Shown here: positions 38,789-52,534 of the stretch, in pieces | How the letters are laid out: each line of letters opens with the position of its first letter | Position numbering within the stretch: position 1 is the first letter of the stretch | Source of the DNA: Chiloscyllium plagiosum | Taxonomy: Eukaryota | Assembly: GCF_004010195.1 (NCBI RefSeq) | Contig: NC_057752.1 | Location: 2,251,750 to 2,315,749 of the forward strand | Direction: 5' to 3' | DNA: 64,000 nt | Program-made: the position numbers and the translations under genes | The notes under the pieces: model-generated | Told to the model about the DNA's origin: nothing | The model's database searches: none | Seen by the model: only the letters and a program-made list of their open reading frames with translations

Positions 38789-39424
38789 ATATGCAACCCA
38801 ATATTACTTCCTTATGCCCAAGTGGAGGTTGTGGTGACAGAATCTGAGGTGATCCATGTTTGGTCCAAGACTCCCCCTTCAGGGAAAATTCACCTCGAGA
38901 TATTCTTAATCAACCTGTTCAGATGTGTTAATGTGCACCTCTGGAGCAGGAGGACTTGAGCACAAGTCTCCTGTCCCAGAGGCAGAAATACTGCCACTGC
39001 ACCACAAGAGTCCTTGCCTCTTCGCCTAGTGGTAACATGCAGGCAATCAAGAGAGAATCTACAGCTTGGGTGGTAAATGCAGGAACCCTTAAGCCATTTA
39101 AGAAGTATTGAAGTGAGCGTTTGAAAAATCACAGCATACAAGGCTTTAGGCCAAGTGTTGAGAAATGGGGTGAGAATAGATAGGCGCTTGATGACTGATA
39201 CATACACAATCAGTCAAAGGGCCTCATTCTGTGCTGTAAAATCCCTCTCTGTCCCCAAGAAAGTTCTGGGACATGGATTAGTGTCATAAAAGATTCATTC
39301 AGTGCTGGAAAGGTGTAACTTGGTTACAAAGTTACTCCCTCATTTAAAAGGAGGAGGTAATTCTGACCCAGATAACCTCAGATACAATAAGACATTTTTA
39401 GTCAGCTTTTTGTGACACACATAC

Positions 39425-40845
39425 AACATAGAACATTCCAGCACAGTACAGGCCCTTCGGCCCTCAATGTTACGCCGAACTGTGGAACCAATCTGAAGCC
39501 CATCTAATCTACACTATTCTATTCTCATCCATATGTTTACCCAATGACCATTTAAATGCCCTTAAAGTTGGTGAGTCTACTACTGTTGCAGGCAGGGCGT
39601 TCCATGCCCCTACTACTCTCTGAGTAAAGAAACTACCTCTAACATCTGTCCTGTATTTATCACCCCTCAATTTAAAGCTATGTCCCCTCATGCTAGCCAT
39701 CTCCATCCGAGGAAAAAGGCTCTCACTGTCCAACCTAACCCTTTGATTATCTTATGTGTTTCAATAAAGTCGCCTCTCAACCTTCTTCTCTCGAACGAAA
39801 ACAGCTCAAGTCCCTCAAACTTTCCTCGTAAGACCTTCCCTCCATACCAGGCACCATCCTAGTAAATCTCCTCTGAACCTTTTCCAAAGCTTTCACATCA
39901 TTCCTATAATGCGCTGATCAGAACTGTACGCAATACTCCAGATGTGGCCGCATCAGGGTTTTGTACAGCTGCAGCATGATCTCATGGTTCCAAATCTCAA
40001 TCCCTCTACTAATAAAAGCTAACACACCATATACCTTCTTAACAACCCTATCAACGTGGGTGGCAACTTTCAAGGATCTATGTACCTGGACACCGAGATC
40101 TCTCTGTTCATCTACACTACCAAGAATCTTACCATTAGCCCAGTACTCTGCATTCCTGTTACTCCTTCCAAAGTGAATCACCTCACACTTTTCTGCATTA
40201 ACTTCCATTGGCCATCTCTCAGCCCAGCTCTGCAGCTTATCTATGTCTCTCTGTAACCTACAACATTCTTCATCACTATCCACAACTTTACCAACCTTAG
40301 TGTCATCTGCAAATTTACTAACCCATCCTTCTGTGCCCTCATCCAGGTCATTTATATAAATTATGAACAACAGTGGACTCAAAACAGATCCTTGCGGTAC
40401 CCCACTAGTAACTGATCTCCAGGATGAACATTTCCCATCAACCTCCACTCTCTGTCTTCTTTCAGCTAGCCAATTTCTGATCCAAACCACTAAATCATCC
40501 TCAATCCCATGACTCCATATTTTGTGCAATAGCCTACCATAGGAAACCTTATCGACCGCCTTACTGAAATCCATACATACCACACATCAACCACTTTACC
40601 CTCATCCACCTGTTTGGTCACCTTCTCAAAGAACTCAATAAGGTTTGTGAGGCACGACCTACACTTCACAAAATCATGTTGCTTACCCTAATCAACTTAT
40701 TCCTCTCTAGTTGATTATAAATCCTATCTCTTATAACCTTTTCCAACACTACCCACAACCAAAGTAAGGCTAACTGGTCTATAATTACCAGGGTTGTCTC
40801 TCCTCCCCTTCTTGAACAAGGGAACAACATTTGCTATCCTCCAGA
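39425..40845 (-). mobile_element. CR1 LINE RT region and 3' end
   Basis: NYRPVSLT, GVPQGSVLSPLLF, SKFADDTK, RPHLEYCVQF, FFTQRVVGAWNALP. Confidence 0.95.
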
Positions 40846-41049
40846 ACGTCTGGAGCATGTGGGACTTGAACCTGAATCTTAAAACCAAGAAGTAGAGACA
40901 CTGCCACTGTACCACAGGATCCTGAATGCTGGGTGAATAATAAAAGCTGTCTTAAAGAGATTGTAAGAGGACTTTGTCAGCAGCATCTCAATAAGCAAAA
41001 GTGGCAGGCATCTGAAACAGGGGATGTCTGACTTGACAAATCTCCTTTC

Positions 41050-41300
41050 AGAGAAAGTGAGGACTGCAGATGCTGGAGATCAGAGTCAAAAAGTGTGGTG
41101 TTTGAAAAGTACAGCCAGTCAGGTAGCATCTGAGGAGCAGGAAAGTTGACGTTTCGAGCATGAGCTCTTCATCCATGCTGTACATCTCTATGACTCTATG
41201 ACTCTTAGAACTTATGCCTGAAACGTCGACTCTCTTGCTCCTCAGCTGCTACCTGACATGCTGTGCTTTTCCAGCACCACACTTTTTGACTCTGATCTCC
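41050..41300. mobile_element. Inverted pLTR pair with a ~35-bp CR1 tail in the centre
   Basis: Arms ~41074-41165 and ~41211-41300 are reverse complements; centre CCATGCTGTACATCTCTATGACTCTATGACTCT. Confidence 0.8.
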
Positions 41301-41834
41301 TTTAAGGCCCTCTCAAGGAATTGCAAACCCATTGAAAGGTCGCAAAATAAGCTTTATTTGGATTCCCAGATAGCCTTTCCACAACGACATACATGAAAAA
41401 TTGCGAATTAAAGTGGATTGCATTTTATTCCAGTTAACCAGTCTGTTAGCTCCTCTAATCTCATTGTAAACCGGAATTGGAATATTACTTTTATATCTTA
41501 GATGAAAAGCGAATGTTAAAATATAATTGGTATGTTCAAATTTAAATTGGATAACTAACCAAGTATGTCTTCAACTATTATTTCAACTGGAATTGGTTTG
41601 ACGAAGGAATGTTTCCTGTGATATTTAAAATGAGGTTTATGGTGCCTGATGATACAGACCTACTTATTCTGTTTGATATGTTGTAGAATTGGGTAAAAGA
41701 TTGAATAAATCAAAAATGAAGATCACAGAGAGATCTCGTGACAGGTGCAGTGTCAGATGCAGCCAGGTGGGGAGCTAGTGAGCCAAGAACAGTGAGAATG
41801 GATGCTTTGTTCCCTTGGAGTTTCTCTTTTGAGA

Positions 41835-42045
41835 TCTCCTACAGTGTGGAAACAGGCCCTTCGGCCCAACAAGTCCACACCGACCCTCTGAAGAGTTACC
41901 CACCCAGACCCATTTCCCTCTGACTAATGCACCAAACACTATGGGCAATTTAGCATGGCCAATCCACCTAACCTGCACATCTTTGGACTGTGGGAGGAAA
42001 CTGGAGCACCCGGAGGAAACCCACGCAGACACTGGGAGAATGTGC
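41835..42045 (-). mobile_element. HE1 V-SINE, 5'-truncated
   Basis: V-domain and tail as at 27809-28110. Confidence 0.88.
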
Positions 42046-44069
42046 TGTCTCTCTACTTGACCCAAATAGGCCTCTTGTTGCATAGTGGTAGTGACTTTAC
42101 CTTTGAGTGTTGGGTTTAAATCTGACCTGCCCCTACGCTCTGTCATAACATCTCCAAGCTGTTTGATTTAGGTAAAAATATTTAAATGAATGCCTAACAA
42201 TAGTAAGTGGAGTCAATGTAAAGGATACAGTTAATGATCCCTGGAAGGATTTAGATCTGTTATACCTTATGCAAGAAATAGGGTATTAAACTTAACACTG
42301 GCAGCTTTCTTTTTCATTCTAAGATGGAATGTGGACATCACTAGAAAGGCCAATTACCTGTCCCTTGAACTGAGTAACTTGCTGGGCCATTTCAGAGTCA
42401 ACCACATTACTGTGGGTCTGGAGTCACATGTAGCTCAGACTGGGTAAGGACAGAGATTTCCCTCCCTGAAGGGCATTAGGGAACCAGGTGGATTTTCTTT
42501 TTGAATAACTGATCATGTTTGCCACAATCACCACTGCTGAGAAACTAGCTTTCGATTCCATTTTTGTTACAAATTGAAATTAAACTTCACCAGCTGGTGA
42601 AGGTGATATTTCAACTCGTGTCCCTATAGCACTAGCTTGGTTTCTGGATTAGTGGTCCAGTGACATTACCACTGTCCCACCTTCTCCCTAAATACCAAGC
42701 ATTGCAAAAGGAATAGCAACATGGACAATGAAAGAAATCAGAATGCCACTGGGGGACTTGGAGTAGACATATGGATGATATCAGTAAATCTCATATCAAC
42801 ATGCGGCTGAGGAATGTGTAAAAGCAGATAGTTTACTGGGGTACCTAGTCAAAACATCATATCAAAACGTACAGCAATTATGCAAGGGTTTATGACAAAC
42901 TAGTCAGAGAACACATCCTTCTGAAATAAAAACAAAAACAAGAATAGGAGCAGATATAAAACCCCAGCTGGAGCCCAATGTCCAGAGTCCAGGGAAATGG
43001 TCTGTAAATGGTCAGTTAAAAGGTCTGAGATCTGTACAGCATTAAATCTATTATTACACAAAGGAAATCCAGCATGTCACCTTTAAGACCAGTGAAGCTA
43101 ATAAACGAGGCATAACTGTTAACAAGTGACAAGTAAGTTTCAAGTATGTTTAAAAATTGTCTTTACTTTGACTGATTAATGTTGGTAATGATCTACCAGG
43201 TAAGCTAAAAAAAGAGATTGGCAAATGTATGTTGAGCTGGGTGGAGAGATCTTTGATGACCCACGAAAGCCTTTCCTATCTCTTTTACTTCCTAATGTTT
43301 TTATGGATCTTGATAACCTGGTCTGTCCCCAGTGTGACCATTTGGATTAATTCACCCTTATAGTGCGCCTAAGCCATGATCTTACCAGAATGTATCCGAT
43401 TAAATGTAACTTTGCCTCAGCAGTGACACATCATAGCCGTGCTCCAGACCTGAGACAGTCTGGAACAGTGTGGAAGCTCAGCTGCCATTGATTATTTATC
43501 CCTCGTCCAAGTTTTGCCATGCTGTATGGCTTGTGGATGGAGAATGAACGACATGTCCTTGGGAACGTGTGATTTTTGTCACAAGAGTTCATGTCATTGC
43601 CAATCGAAGCCAGATCCCTTTCCATCTGCATTTGACTTACTTGAGCTAGCTGCCAGTCCCCACTATTCAGTATGTATGGGATTCAGAGTAAACTGGTGCA
43701 TTAGGTTTGGTTGGTTCAGGGAAAGAAAGGCCTCACAGTTCTATTTCTTTTTCTCCTTATCTTGCTCTGTCTTTGTAGGACATTTCAGTCAGAAACCATG
43801 TTTGAATGAAGGTTTTTTGCATCATTTCTGCTGCTTTGATTCAATGCCTCCATATTTCACAAGTTTCAATCACTCCTGCAGTAGATGCTCAAAGATTTGG
43901 AAGCAGCTGGACTGTCCACTGATGGGTTCTGGAGCTCCCATCATAGAGCTACGTCTTATCTTTGGTCTTCCTATCTTAAAGTCTAGGTGAAATGACTTTG
44001 GATTGTGAGGGATGGGAACACGAAAGAAACATTTGCAGGTGAGCAAATGGTATCCTTTAAAATTCAAAC

Positions 44070-44295
44070 CCTGCAGATGCTGGGAATCTGAACTAAAAAC
44101 AGAAAGTGCTGGAGAAACTCAGCAGGTCTGGCGGCATCTGTGGGGACAGAAACAGAATTAATGTTTTGAGAACAGATCGGAAGAACATTCAGAATGTCCT
44201 GAAGAAGACTCCTATCAGACTTGAAACGCTAACTCTGCTTTCTCTCCACAGGTGCTGCCAGACCTGATGAGTTTCTCCAGCATTTTCTGTTTTTA
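44070..44295. mobile_element. Fold-back pLTR-derived element
   Basis: AAAAACAGAAAGTGCTGGAGAAACTCAGCAGGTCTGGC / GCCAGACCTGATGAGTTTCTCCAGCATTTTCTGTTTTT. Confidence 0.8.
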
Positions 44296-44419
44296 TGAAT
44301 GATATCCTTTGTTTGAATTCCACCTTTTCTCTTTCATTAATTTATAATTCTTTGTTCTTATCTCTTCTTTAAAATCATTAGTTGAAGAAGCCAAAATGAA
44401 ACAAGGGAAGTCTTTCACA

Positions 44420-45505
44420 GAAACTTGGAGCATGAGTAGGCCATTCAGCCATTTGAGTCTGCTGCACCATTCAAGAGGACCATGACTGATCCTGTATCTC
44501 AACACCATGTTCCCACTTTCTCCCCATCCCCTTGATGTCTTTAAAAATCTAAAAATGTATCTACCTCTTTATTGAATATATTCAGTGACTTGACCTCCAC
44601 AGCCTTTTGTGTTAGAGAATTTCACATAGTGTAAACCCTTTGAGTGAAGAAATGTTTCCTCACCTCCATCCTAAAGGGCTATCCTGTTTCCTGACACTGT
44701 GACCCTGGTTCTAGACTCCCTAAGGAGGAGAAACATCCTCATTCCATCTGGTCTTTCCAGACCCTGTTAGAATTTTACACATTTCAATCAGAGCCCCTCT
44801 CATCCTTCTAAACTCGAGTGAATACAGGCCCAGTCGAACCAATCTCTCCTGATATGGCAGTCCTGCCATCCCCAGTACCCACCTAGTAACCCTCCACTGC
44901 ATTCCCTTTATGGCAAGGATATCCTTTCGTAGGTAAGGAGACCCAAACTAATGACCCATGTGTAGTCTCACTAAGGCCCTGCATAACTGCAGTAAGACAT
45001 CCATATGTCTGAACTCTAGTCCTTTGCATTGAAGGCCAATATATCATTTACCTTCCTAATTGACTTGATGGACCTGCCTATCTATTTTAATTGTCTGCTG
45101 CACAAGGGCACCCAGAACTCTCTGCACACCCACACTTCCCAGTAGCTCACCATTTAAATAATACTGTGGCTTTCTGTTTTTCACATTAATGTGTATAACT
45201 TCCCATTTCACCATGTTGTGTTATATCTGCCATGTGTTTGCCCCATCACTCAACTTGTCTAAGTCATCTTGACGCCTCCTTGCCTCCTCTTCATAACTCA
45301 CAATCCCATTAAGATCTATAATGCACTGCCTGAGAGTGTGGTTGAGGAAGGCTCAATTGAAGGAGTCATAAAGGATTTGACAGTTATTTAAAAAGGAGCA
45401 ATGTGCAGGGTCACAGGAGAATGACACTAGGTGAGGTACTCGTCTGGAGACTAGCACAAGCACAATGGGCTGAGTGACCGTCCTTTACAATGTAACCATT
45501 CTGAA
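44420..45505 (-). mobile_element. CR1 3' fragment, followed by an opposite-strand CR1 end at ~45310-45505
   Basis: GLPYQERLVRLGLYSLEFRRMRG. Confidence 0.8.
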
Positions 45506-46371
45506 ATTCTTTTTCCTTCAAAGGGCAGTTCCTATCAGCTTGGCATTGCAGGTAATGTGAAAGGTCATTGTTTCTGGGACTCGCTCCCTGTGTGCAAAAG
45601 GCAAAAACTACCACGAACAAATTCTGGCTTCATTGAGAAGCTTGGTTCAAATGGGCACCACATACAACCGTGTTGTGAAGAATTCTTCATTTTGTTGTTG
45701 ATTCCAATCTGGGTCGATTTGTCTTTCAGGCAGCCATACTTTTTTCTTGGACACCCTAAGCTTTTTCTTCATTGCTGAGAAAAGCAGCATGTTGCGAAAG
45801 CATCTTCCCTTGCCTCTGTCAGGACTAATGCAAGAATGCCAATTTTCAAACACTCACAACTGTTTATACCACAGGAAAAAAAGGTGTTGATTAGTTAACA
45901 AATCAACTCTGGCTGAGATGTTGCCATGGAGAAAGCAATGGGGAAATATAGGCTGTCCAAGCTCCCGGGTGATTGGAAGATGGTGCAAGGCTTGAACATA
46001 TCCCTTTTGTTTGCAGAAAATGGTATGAATGTGTGTCAGTTCTAGCAAGCATAAATGAGCCACATTATCACCCTAACTGATTGATAGTGCAGCTGTTAAC
46101 ACCCTCAGGATTATTCATCAAGTATTGTCCAATCATACAAATACATTTCACTGTAAACATTTTGTCTCTGATTTTGCAAGTGACAGTTGGTTGAGAGGAA
46201 GATGGGAAACCTCAACAGTGCAACTCTGTGTCGAGCAGCATTCACATTTTATTTTACCATATTCCTTGCATCATCTTTTCATTCCATTTCAATCTGCTCG
46301 CTCATCTGTTTTAACTTCCTTCTTTCTCTCTCCTGTTCCTCCAGTCGTCATGGTTTGATGTTCATGTAGCT

Positions 46372-46792
46372 TCTGGGGCTGTTTTCCCTGGAGCGTCAGA
46401 GGCAGAGGGGTGACCTTATAGAGGTTTATAAAATCATGAGGGGCATGGATAGGGTAAATAGACCAGGTCTTTTCCCTGGGGATGGGGCAGTCAAGAACTA
46501 GAGGGCATAGATTTAGGGTGAGAGGGGAAAGATATAAAAGAGACCTAAGGGGCAACTTTTTCACGCAGAGGGTAGTATGTGTATGGAATGAGCTGCCAGA
46601 GGAAGTGGTGGAGACTGGTACAATTGCAACATTTAAGAGGCATCTGGATGGGTATATGAATAGGAAGGGTTTGGAGGGTTATGGGCCGGGTGCTGGCAAG
46701 TGGGACTAGATTGGGTTGGGATATCTGGTCAGCATGGATGGGTTGGACCAAAGGGTCTGTTTCCATGCTGTACATCTCTCTGACTCTATGAC
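46372..46792 (+). mobile_element. CR1 3' end
   Basis: FFTQRVVCVWNELP and CTCTATGA-type tail. Confidence 0.92.
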
Positions 46793-49196
46793 AACAACAG
46801 TTGAAACTGCATTCCTGTCCATTAATGGAAGCAGTTTCAAATAGTGCAGTATCTGTATAGAACTGTGGAGAAAATCTTCAAATCTGCTTGAATTGTAAAG
46901 AAACACATTTACTGATTGGAATGATTGGAACGAGGTTGGCCAGGTGGATCCTGTTGAGTATGAGTTCCCTGACTGGGGCTGTTAACCTGGGGCCAGTAAG
47001 GTCGTCCTGGTTGACAGATATAAACAGGAGTGAACACTACTGCAGTTAGGTGGTAGTGTGGGGGTAAAATAAATAGAAAAGACAAAGTATATGTAAACAG
47101 GAGTATGAGAGAATCTCCTCACTTGAGGGACTGCCTCTGAGCTGGCTGGTCAGAGTCCATGTAGTGTGCATGTGTAAATAAAGGGTGAGGTGGTGACGGG
47201 ATACTGGTCTCTTGTGCTGTTCTTTCAGTGGCAGTGAGAGAAAACAGTACACTCCCGAAGAAAATTCACTCGCAACAGTCGTTGATCTGAAGTGAGATGT
47301 GGTGCTGACGTGCAATGCCTCCCTGTTTGGTACCAGGGTAGGCTTGGCTCATTGGTGACCCAACAGAGAGGAACAGACAGGAAGGCTTCCCGGTTTTTGG
47401 CTAATGCTGAATGCAAGTACACCCAGATAGAGAAGACCAGTTTGGCGGTCATCTTTGATGTGAGTTCCACCAATACTTTTACGAGCGTAAATTTGTAATA
47501 GTAACAGACCGCACACCCGTACTAGGCATACTCAGACTGACATGGCAGTGCCACCTATAGTTTCTGTTCAAATTCAGCAGTGGGTCCTTATTCTCAGTGA
47601 GTACAAGTACAAGTCGGAATACTGTCAAGTGGCAGATGCAAATGCTTTGAGCAGCCTCCCACTGGCAGATACACCACCGGTGGTGCTGTCCTGGAAGAGT
47701 CCATTCTGATTTTAAACTTTCTGGACACTCTTTCTGGTCACCACTGACTGGACACAAAAGGATCCAGTCCTGGCAGAACTGAAACAGCTGGTGCTAATGG
47801 AGGGAACAAAAGGGCCATCACAACAGGAATTGACCCCGTGAGACCAGATCACCATCGAGGGTGGCATATTATTATGGGGAGTAAGTGAGACTGTCCCAAG
47901 TAAAGGTCACCTGCATCAGGATCATCCAGGGGTTCCCAAAATGAAGATGTTGGCAAGAAGCTATGTCTGGGGACAAGGACTGGATGTCGACATAGCTACA
48001 TTGGTGAGGCAATGCCCAGAGTGCCAACAAGAACAAAGATTGCTACCAGCAGCTCCCCCACATTGGTGGGAATGGCCGGGTAAACCCTGGATTCGGTTAC
48101 ACGTTGACTATGCAGGTCCTTTCACGGGCTCAATGTTCCTGGTCATTTTGGACTCTCATTCAAAGTGGTTGGGTGTGCATAGAGTGCATTTTGCAAACTC
48201 AGTGATGACAATGGAGAAGCTGTGAGCATCCTTCACAATACATGGACTCCCAGAAGCACTGGTCACAGACAACGGAATATCATTTGCCAGAAGGGGATTT
48301 GAGTATTTCCTAAATTCGAATGGCATTCAGCACATAAGGGCAGCTCCATACTATCCATTGTCCAATAGTCCGGTGGAAAGAGCAGTCAGTACATTGAAGA
48401 CAGACTTAAAGGAGCAGCCTACCAAACTGTCCCGGTTCCTGTTTGATTATAGGATCACCCTCACACAATAACAGGGATGGCTCTAGCAGAGTTGCTGTGG
48501 GGAGAAGGGTCTGTGCCAGATTAAACCTGATATTCCCAAAACTGAGAGGGGAAGGTGAAACAGCAGCAAGAACTCCAATGCTGGCCACATGCCTCCTCTA
48601 AGCGAGAGAGACGATTTAATTCAGGAGTGACGTTTGGTACCAGAACCATGGAAATGGCTCTGTATGGGTCTGAAGTGAGGTTGACAAAGGTTCGGGTCCT
48701 GTCACTTACAAAGTTCAGGTAGGTGAGCTGGCCCTAAACAAACATGTGCATCACCTGAAAGCTGAAAACACACCTGCCCCCTCCAAACAGCCAGAGGCCT
48801 GTCGGAAACTGTAGGTTCTCTCCCTCCATCTAGTGTCGAGGAGACCTCAGAGTCTGAGATGGATGTAGCCTCAATACCGCTACCACTGGAAGAAGAGGAG
48901 GAAATTCTCCCGAGACATTCTGGACGCAAGAGACAGGCTATTGTCTGGTACACGCCAGAGTCAGAGTCAGAGGAACCAGACTTGGCAGGAAAAGTTACAA
49001 GAGAAAGACCAGGCCTACATCCCTGGACTTAGGAGGGGAGGGATGTAGCGATTGGAAACAGATTGGCCAGGTAGATCTCATCAAGTGTGAGATCCCTGAT
49101 TGGGGTTGTTAACCTTGGCCAATCAGTGAGCCCTGGCTGACAGATATAGCCAGGAGATTTAGAATCTCCTCAATTTAGGGGACTGACTCTGTGCTG

Positions 49197-51780
49197 CAGT
49201 CAGTGTGTTCCTGCTGCTGTTGGTTTCTGTTTGCTTTTGGAGGAAACCTGATTCCTGAACTGGCTGAACCATATCGCCAGTTTGTTAACTGGTATTCCTT
49301 TCTATTGAGGACTGACTTTTAAACTGACTGATTTAAGCAGTCAATGTGTTATAGGTGTAACTCGGTTCTCATTCAGGAACTGTTGTTTCACTGACTGGTT
49401 ACAGCATGTGTGTTACTCTTTTCTCCTTTATTTTGAGAAAAGGACTATGCTGATTTTGTGGCAGGGCTTAGCCCTTGCACTCTTTTTTTTTTAAATGTGT
49501 TTCATTTTTTTGGTGCTTGGACTGAGCCCTTGTGAGAAAATACACCTTTCCAGATAAGCTGTTCCTGTGGGTAGGCCTGGCCCTTGTCAGTGGACTGGGT
49601 CTCTGTAAAGACTGAACACGTGTGTGTGTGTGTGTGTGTGTGCCGGGAGGTGAGCATGCGTCCTGGAGTGTGGGAGTGGACTCTGCCTTTGGGAGTGGAC
49701 CAAATCCCTGTGAGTTAACTGCACCTTTACAATGTACTGTGTTCCTGTGAGTGGACCTGGTCCTCTGGATAAACCAGGCCTCTATGGAAACTGAACACCT
49801 GTGTGTGTGCTGTGGGGTGTGCATTTGCTGCCTTCAGGAGTGGACTCTGCCTTTGCTTGTGGACTATGTTTCTGACAATGCATTCTGTAAACTGGAGTGG
49901 ACTCTGTTCCTGGGAATGGATTCTGCATTCTGAAGAGAATTGTTTATAGTAATGGACTCTGTGTACCAGAAAAGACTCTGTTTGTTGGTAATTGACTCTG
50001 TCTTATTGCTTGTTGGGATTATCACCTGCACTGTCTTGTGTGTCCCTGGGTCTGGCAGGCCTTACTGTGAGCTGGGAGGATCATAGGTCATCCTGAAAGC
50101 TGTCACCCCGAGAGCCGGAGGGTGGGTAGGCTATCCTGTGAACCTGAAGGTGGGTAGGCTCCCCAAGAGCTGGAAGGTGGGTAGGCTGTTCTGAGTGCTG
50201 TCACCCCGGGAAGGGGTAATCCTAATGGGCTGTCTTAGAGGTGGCCAGGAAGTGTGTCGGAGTGGCTGAGAGTCAGAAGCTGCGCAGGGACAGGCCAAGA
50301 TCCAGAAGGCTTGTGGGCTGCCCTGTGCGCCGCCATCCCAGGGAAGGGAATGGGCTGTGCTAAGTTATGGATCAGGCCAGACAAGTCAAAACATCCTTAA
50401 GCAGACAGCCCAGATCATAACTTTGCAATTTGTTTCGGTAAGTGTACAGTGAAAATTACCCGGAGTAAACTAGCTAGGTTGACTACCAGGTTTAAAACAG
50501 ACAAAACGTTTATTCACAAAATTACACAAAGAACAGAATAAAGAACCCCTACAGAACTCAGTCTATCCAAACGAGACTTCGGTATGCTATTCCAAATATA
50601 CACAACAGTCCCAATAAGCAAACCCCCTTTAAAATACAGTACAAAAAAGGTCAAGTGCTTACAGGTTGAAGTTAGAAGGGCAGAAGAGAGAGTTTCCACA
50701 CAGCTCACTATTGAACTCCCAACCAGTTCTGGACTGAACTGCTCAGCTAGAGAGCTGACCACTCCCCTTTCTTTATACAGGTCACTTCTAAAACATGACC
50801 GCTTTGGCCAGAAGTATCATCTGTTTACATATAAACAAAAAGGCCTCACAAAACCCTTTTCATCTCTGTACCAAACTAGTCTGATCAGAGCCAGTTTATC
50901 ACACCTCTAAAAAAAAAGTCAATAACAGAGTATCCTTGAGCCAAGGATCAGCTTTTTTTAAAAAAAGGACTAGCTTTGTGACACCCAGAGGTGGCCGCAA
51001 GGCGTGTCAGGGCAGTCCACAGGCTGGATGGTGCATCGGGGTGGGTGAGAGCGCAATGGTATGTAGGGGCAGACAGAGAGCCAGAAGGTGGGTAGGCCGT
51101 CCTCACCGCTGTCACCCCGGGCATGTTCCGGGGCAGGCTGTCCTAGAGGTGGTCAGAAGGTGTGTCAGGGCAGTCCACGGGCTGGATGGCGCATTGGGGT
51201 GGGTGAGAGTCAGATGGTACATAAGGGCAGACAGAGAGCCAGAAGGCGGGTAGTCCGTCCTCAGCGCTGTCACCCCGGGTGGGTACCGGGGCAGGCTGTC
51301 CTAGAGGTGGGTGGAAAGTGCGAAGGGTGATTAGGGAAGCCGGAAGGTGGGCAGGCTGTCCTGATCACTGTCGTTCTGCGGCAGTTGGGGAAGCAGGACA
51401 GGCTGTCCTAGAGGTGGCTGGAAGGTCTGTCAGGGCAGAACGAGAGCTGGAAGGGGCGTAGGGGTGGGCTGCCTTAGAGTGGCCAGAAGATGGGAGGGAT
51501 GGGGCTTGCTGATTTGCTGGGGTGGGGGGGTCTGTATTCGATGCACTGTTTTTATCTAATTGGACTGCCTTATATGTATTTGTTACTGTTACTCTAGTGA
51601 TGCTCGAAAGTGGGATATTGAGGTTTGTCCTCATTTCCCTGAAAACTGGTTGAAAGGTAGGGTTTGGGGCCTGGCTTTGCCATTCCTCTTCCTTGTAAAA
51701 TTGCTGTTTCTTGTATACGGCTGTTCATGTTAATTGTTTGTAAACTGTATTGTTTACTAAAATTTTAAAAAAGAAAAAAA
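49197..51780 (+). mobile_element. Unclassified non-coding A-tailed insertion with internal tandem arrays
   Basis: Between 50-bp direct repeats; T-rich 3' region then AAAAAAGAAAAAAA; GTGGACTCTG-type and GGTGGGTAGGCTGTCC-type arrays. Confidence 0.65.
50363..50983 (-). mobile_element. Solo LTR nested in that insertion
   Basis: Ends (a)GTTATG...TGTGACA, minus-strand AATAAA ~50509, splits a GGCTGTCCTAGAGGTGG unit with degenerate 4-bp flanks (GCTA/CCCA). Confidence 0.7.
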
Positions 51781-52534
51781 TAACTAGGAGATTTAGAATC
51801 TCTTCAGTTCAGCGGACTGACTCTGAGCTGGCTGGCCACAGCCAGTGTACTCTGCACGAATGAATAAAGGGAGATTTGGTGGCAGGATATCATTTCACTG
51901 ATTTCTCCCCACTCCTTGTTTGCTTGCAACAGGGATTTTAGAAAGATATGCTTGCTAATTCAGCAAGTGGTCAACTGTTCATGTGCTATGGCGCTGGAAG
52001 ACAAACACAGACAAGTCCTTTGTAACCTCTTCTCCAAGAGAATAATATTTATTGTACTTAATCAAGTTTAAATGAGATAATTAAAATGCTCCAAATTTCC
52101 TGCACATTTACACTCCAGGTTTTACACACACACACACTACACACTCACGCAAGCATACAATCATACTCGCATGCACTCACACACACACATAAGTTGCAGA
52201 GTGGGAGGACAAATGAAACAATATTTTGTTAGAATCCAATAACAGTTAAAGGTACATAGGTAAGGGGCTTGCAGATTAATAACATAAAGGGTTTTTGGGC
52301 TGAACTCAATAGTCCCTCTGGATTCGGCATTGAGGTGATTCAAGTGTGTGAAGAGATGTTTCATCTGTTCTTGTGGGGCAGGGATCCTGTTCCCTCATCA
52401 TCCCTTGTATTTCTGTCTTGTGTTGTGGAAAAAGGACAGTTTCTCAAACACAAAAGAGAGCTAGCTGCCTTGTAACATAATCCACTCTTTCCAAATGACC
52501 AGTGATCCCAATATGGTGATGGCAAGTGGATTCC

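Larger units (their letters stand above)
46915..51897 (+). mobile_element. Internally deleted Gypsy element, same family as 33876-37048; 5' LTR ~46915-47227, 3' LTR split into 49044-49196 and 51781-51897
   Basis: LTR end TTTCA then PBS-like TGGCAGTGAG; AECKYTQIEK, MKMLARSYVW, CPEC, PWIRLHVDYAGPF; PPT AGGAGGGGAGGGA before TGTAG; gag and RT missing. Confidence 0.9.
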
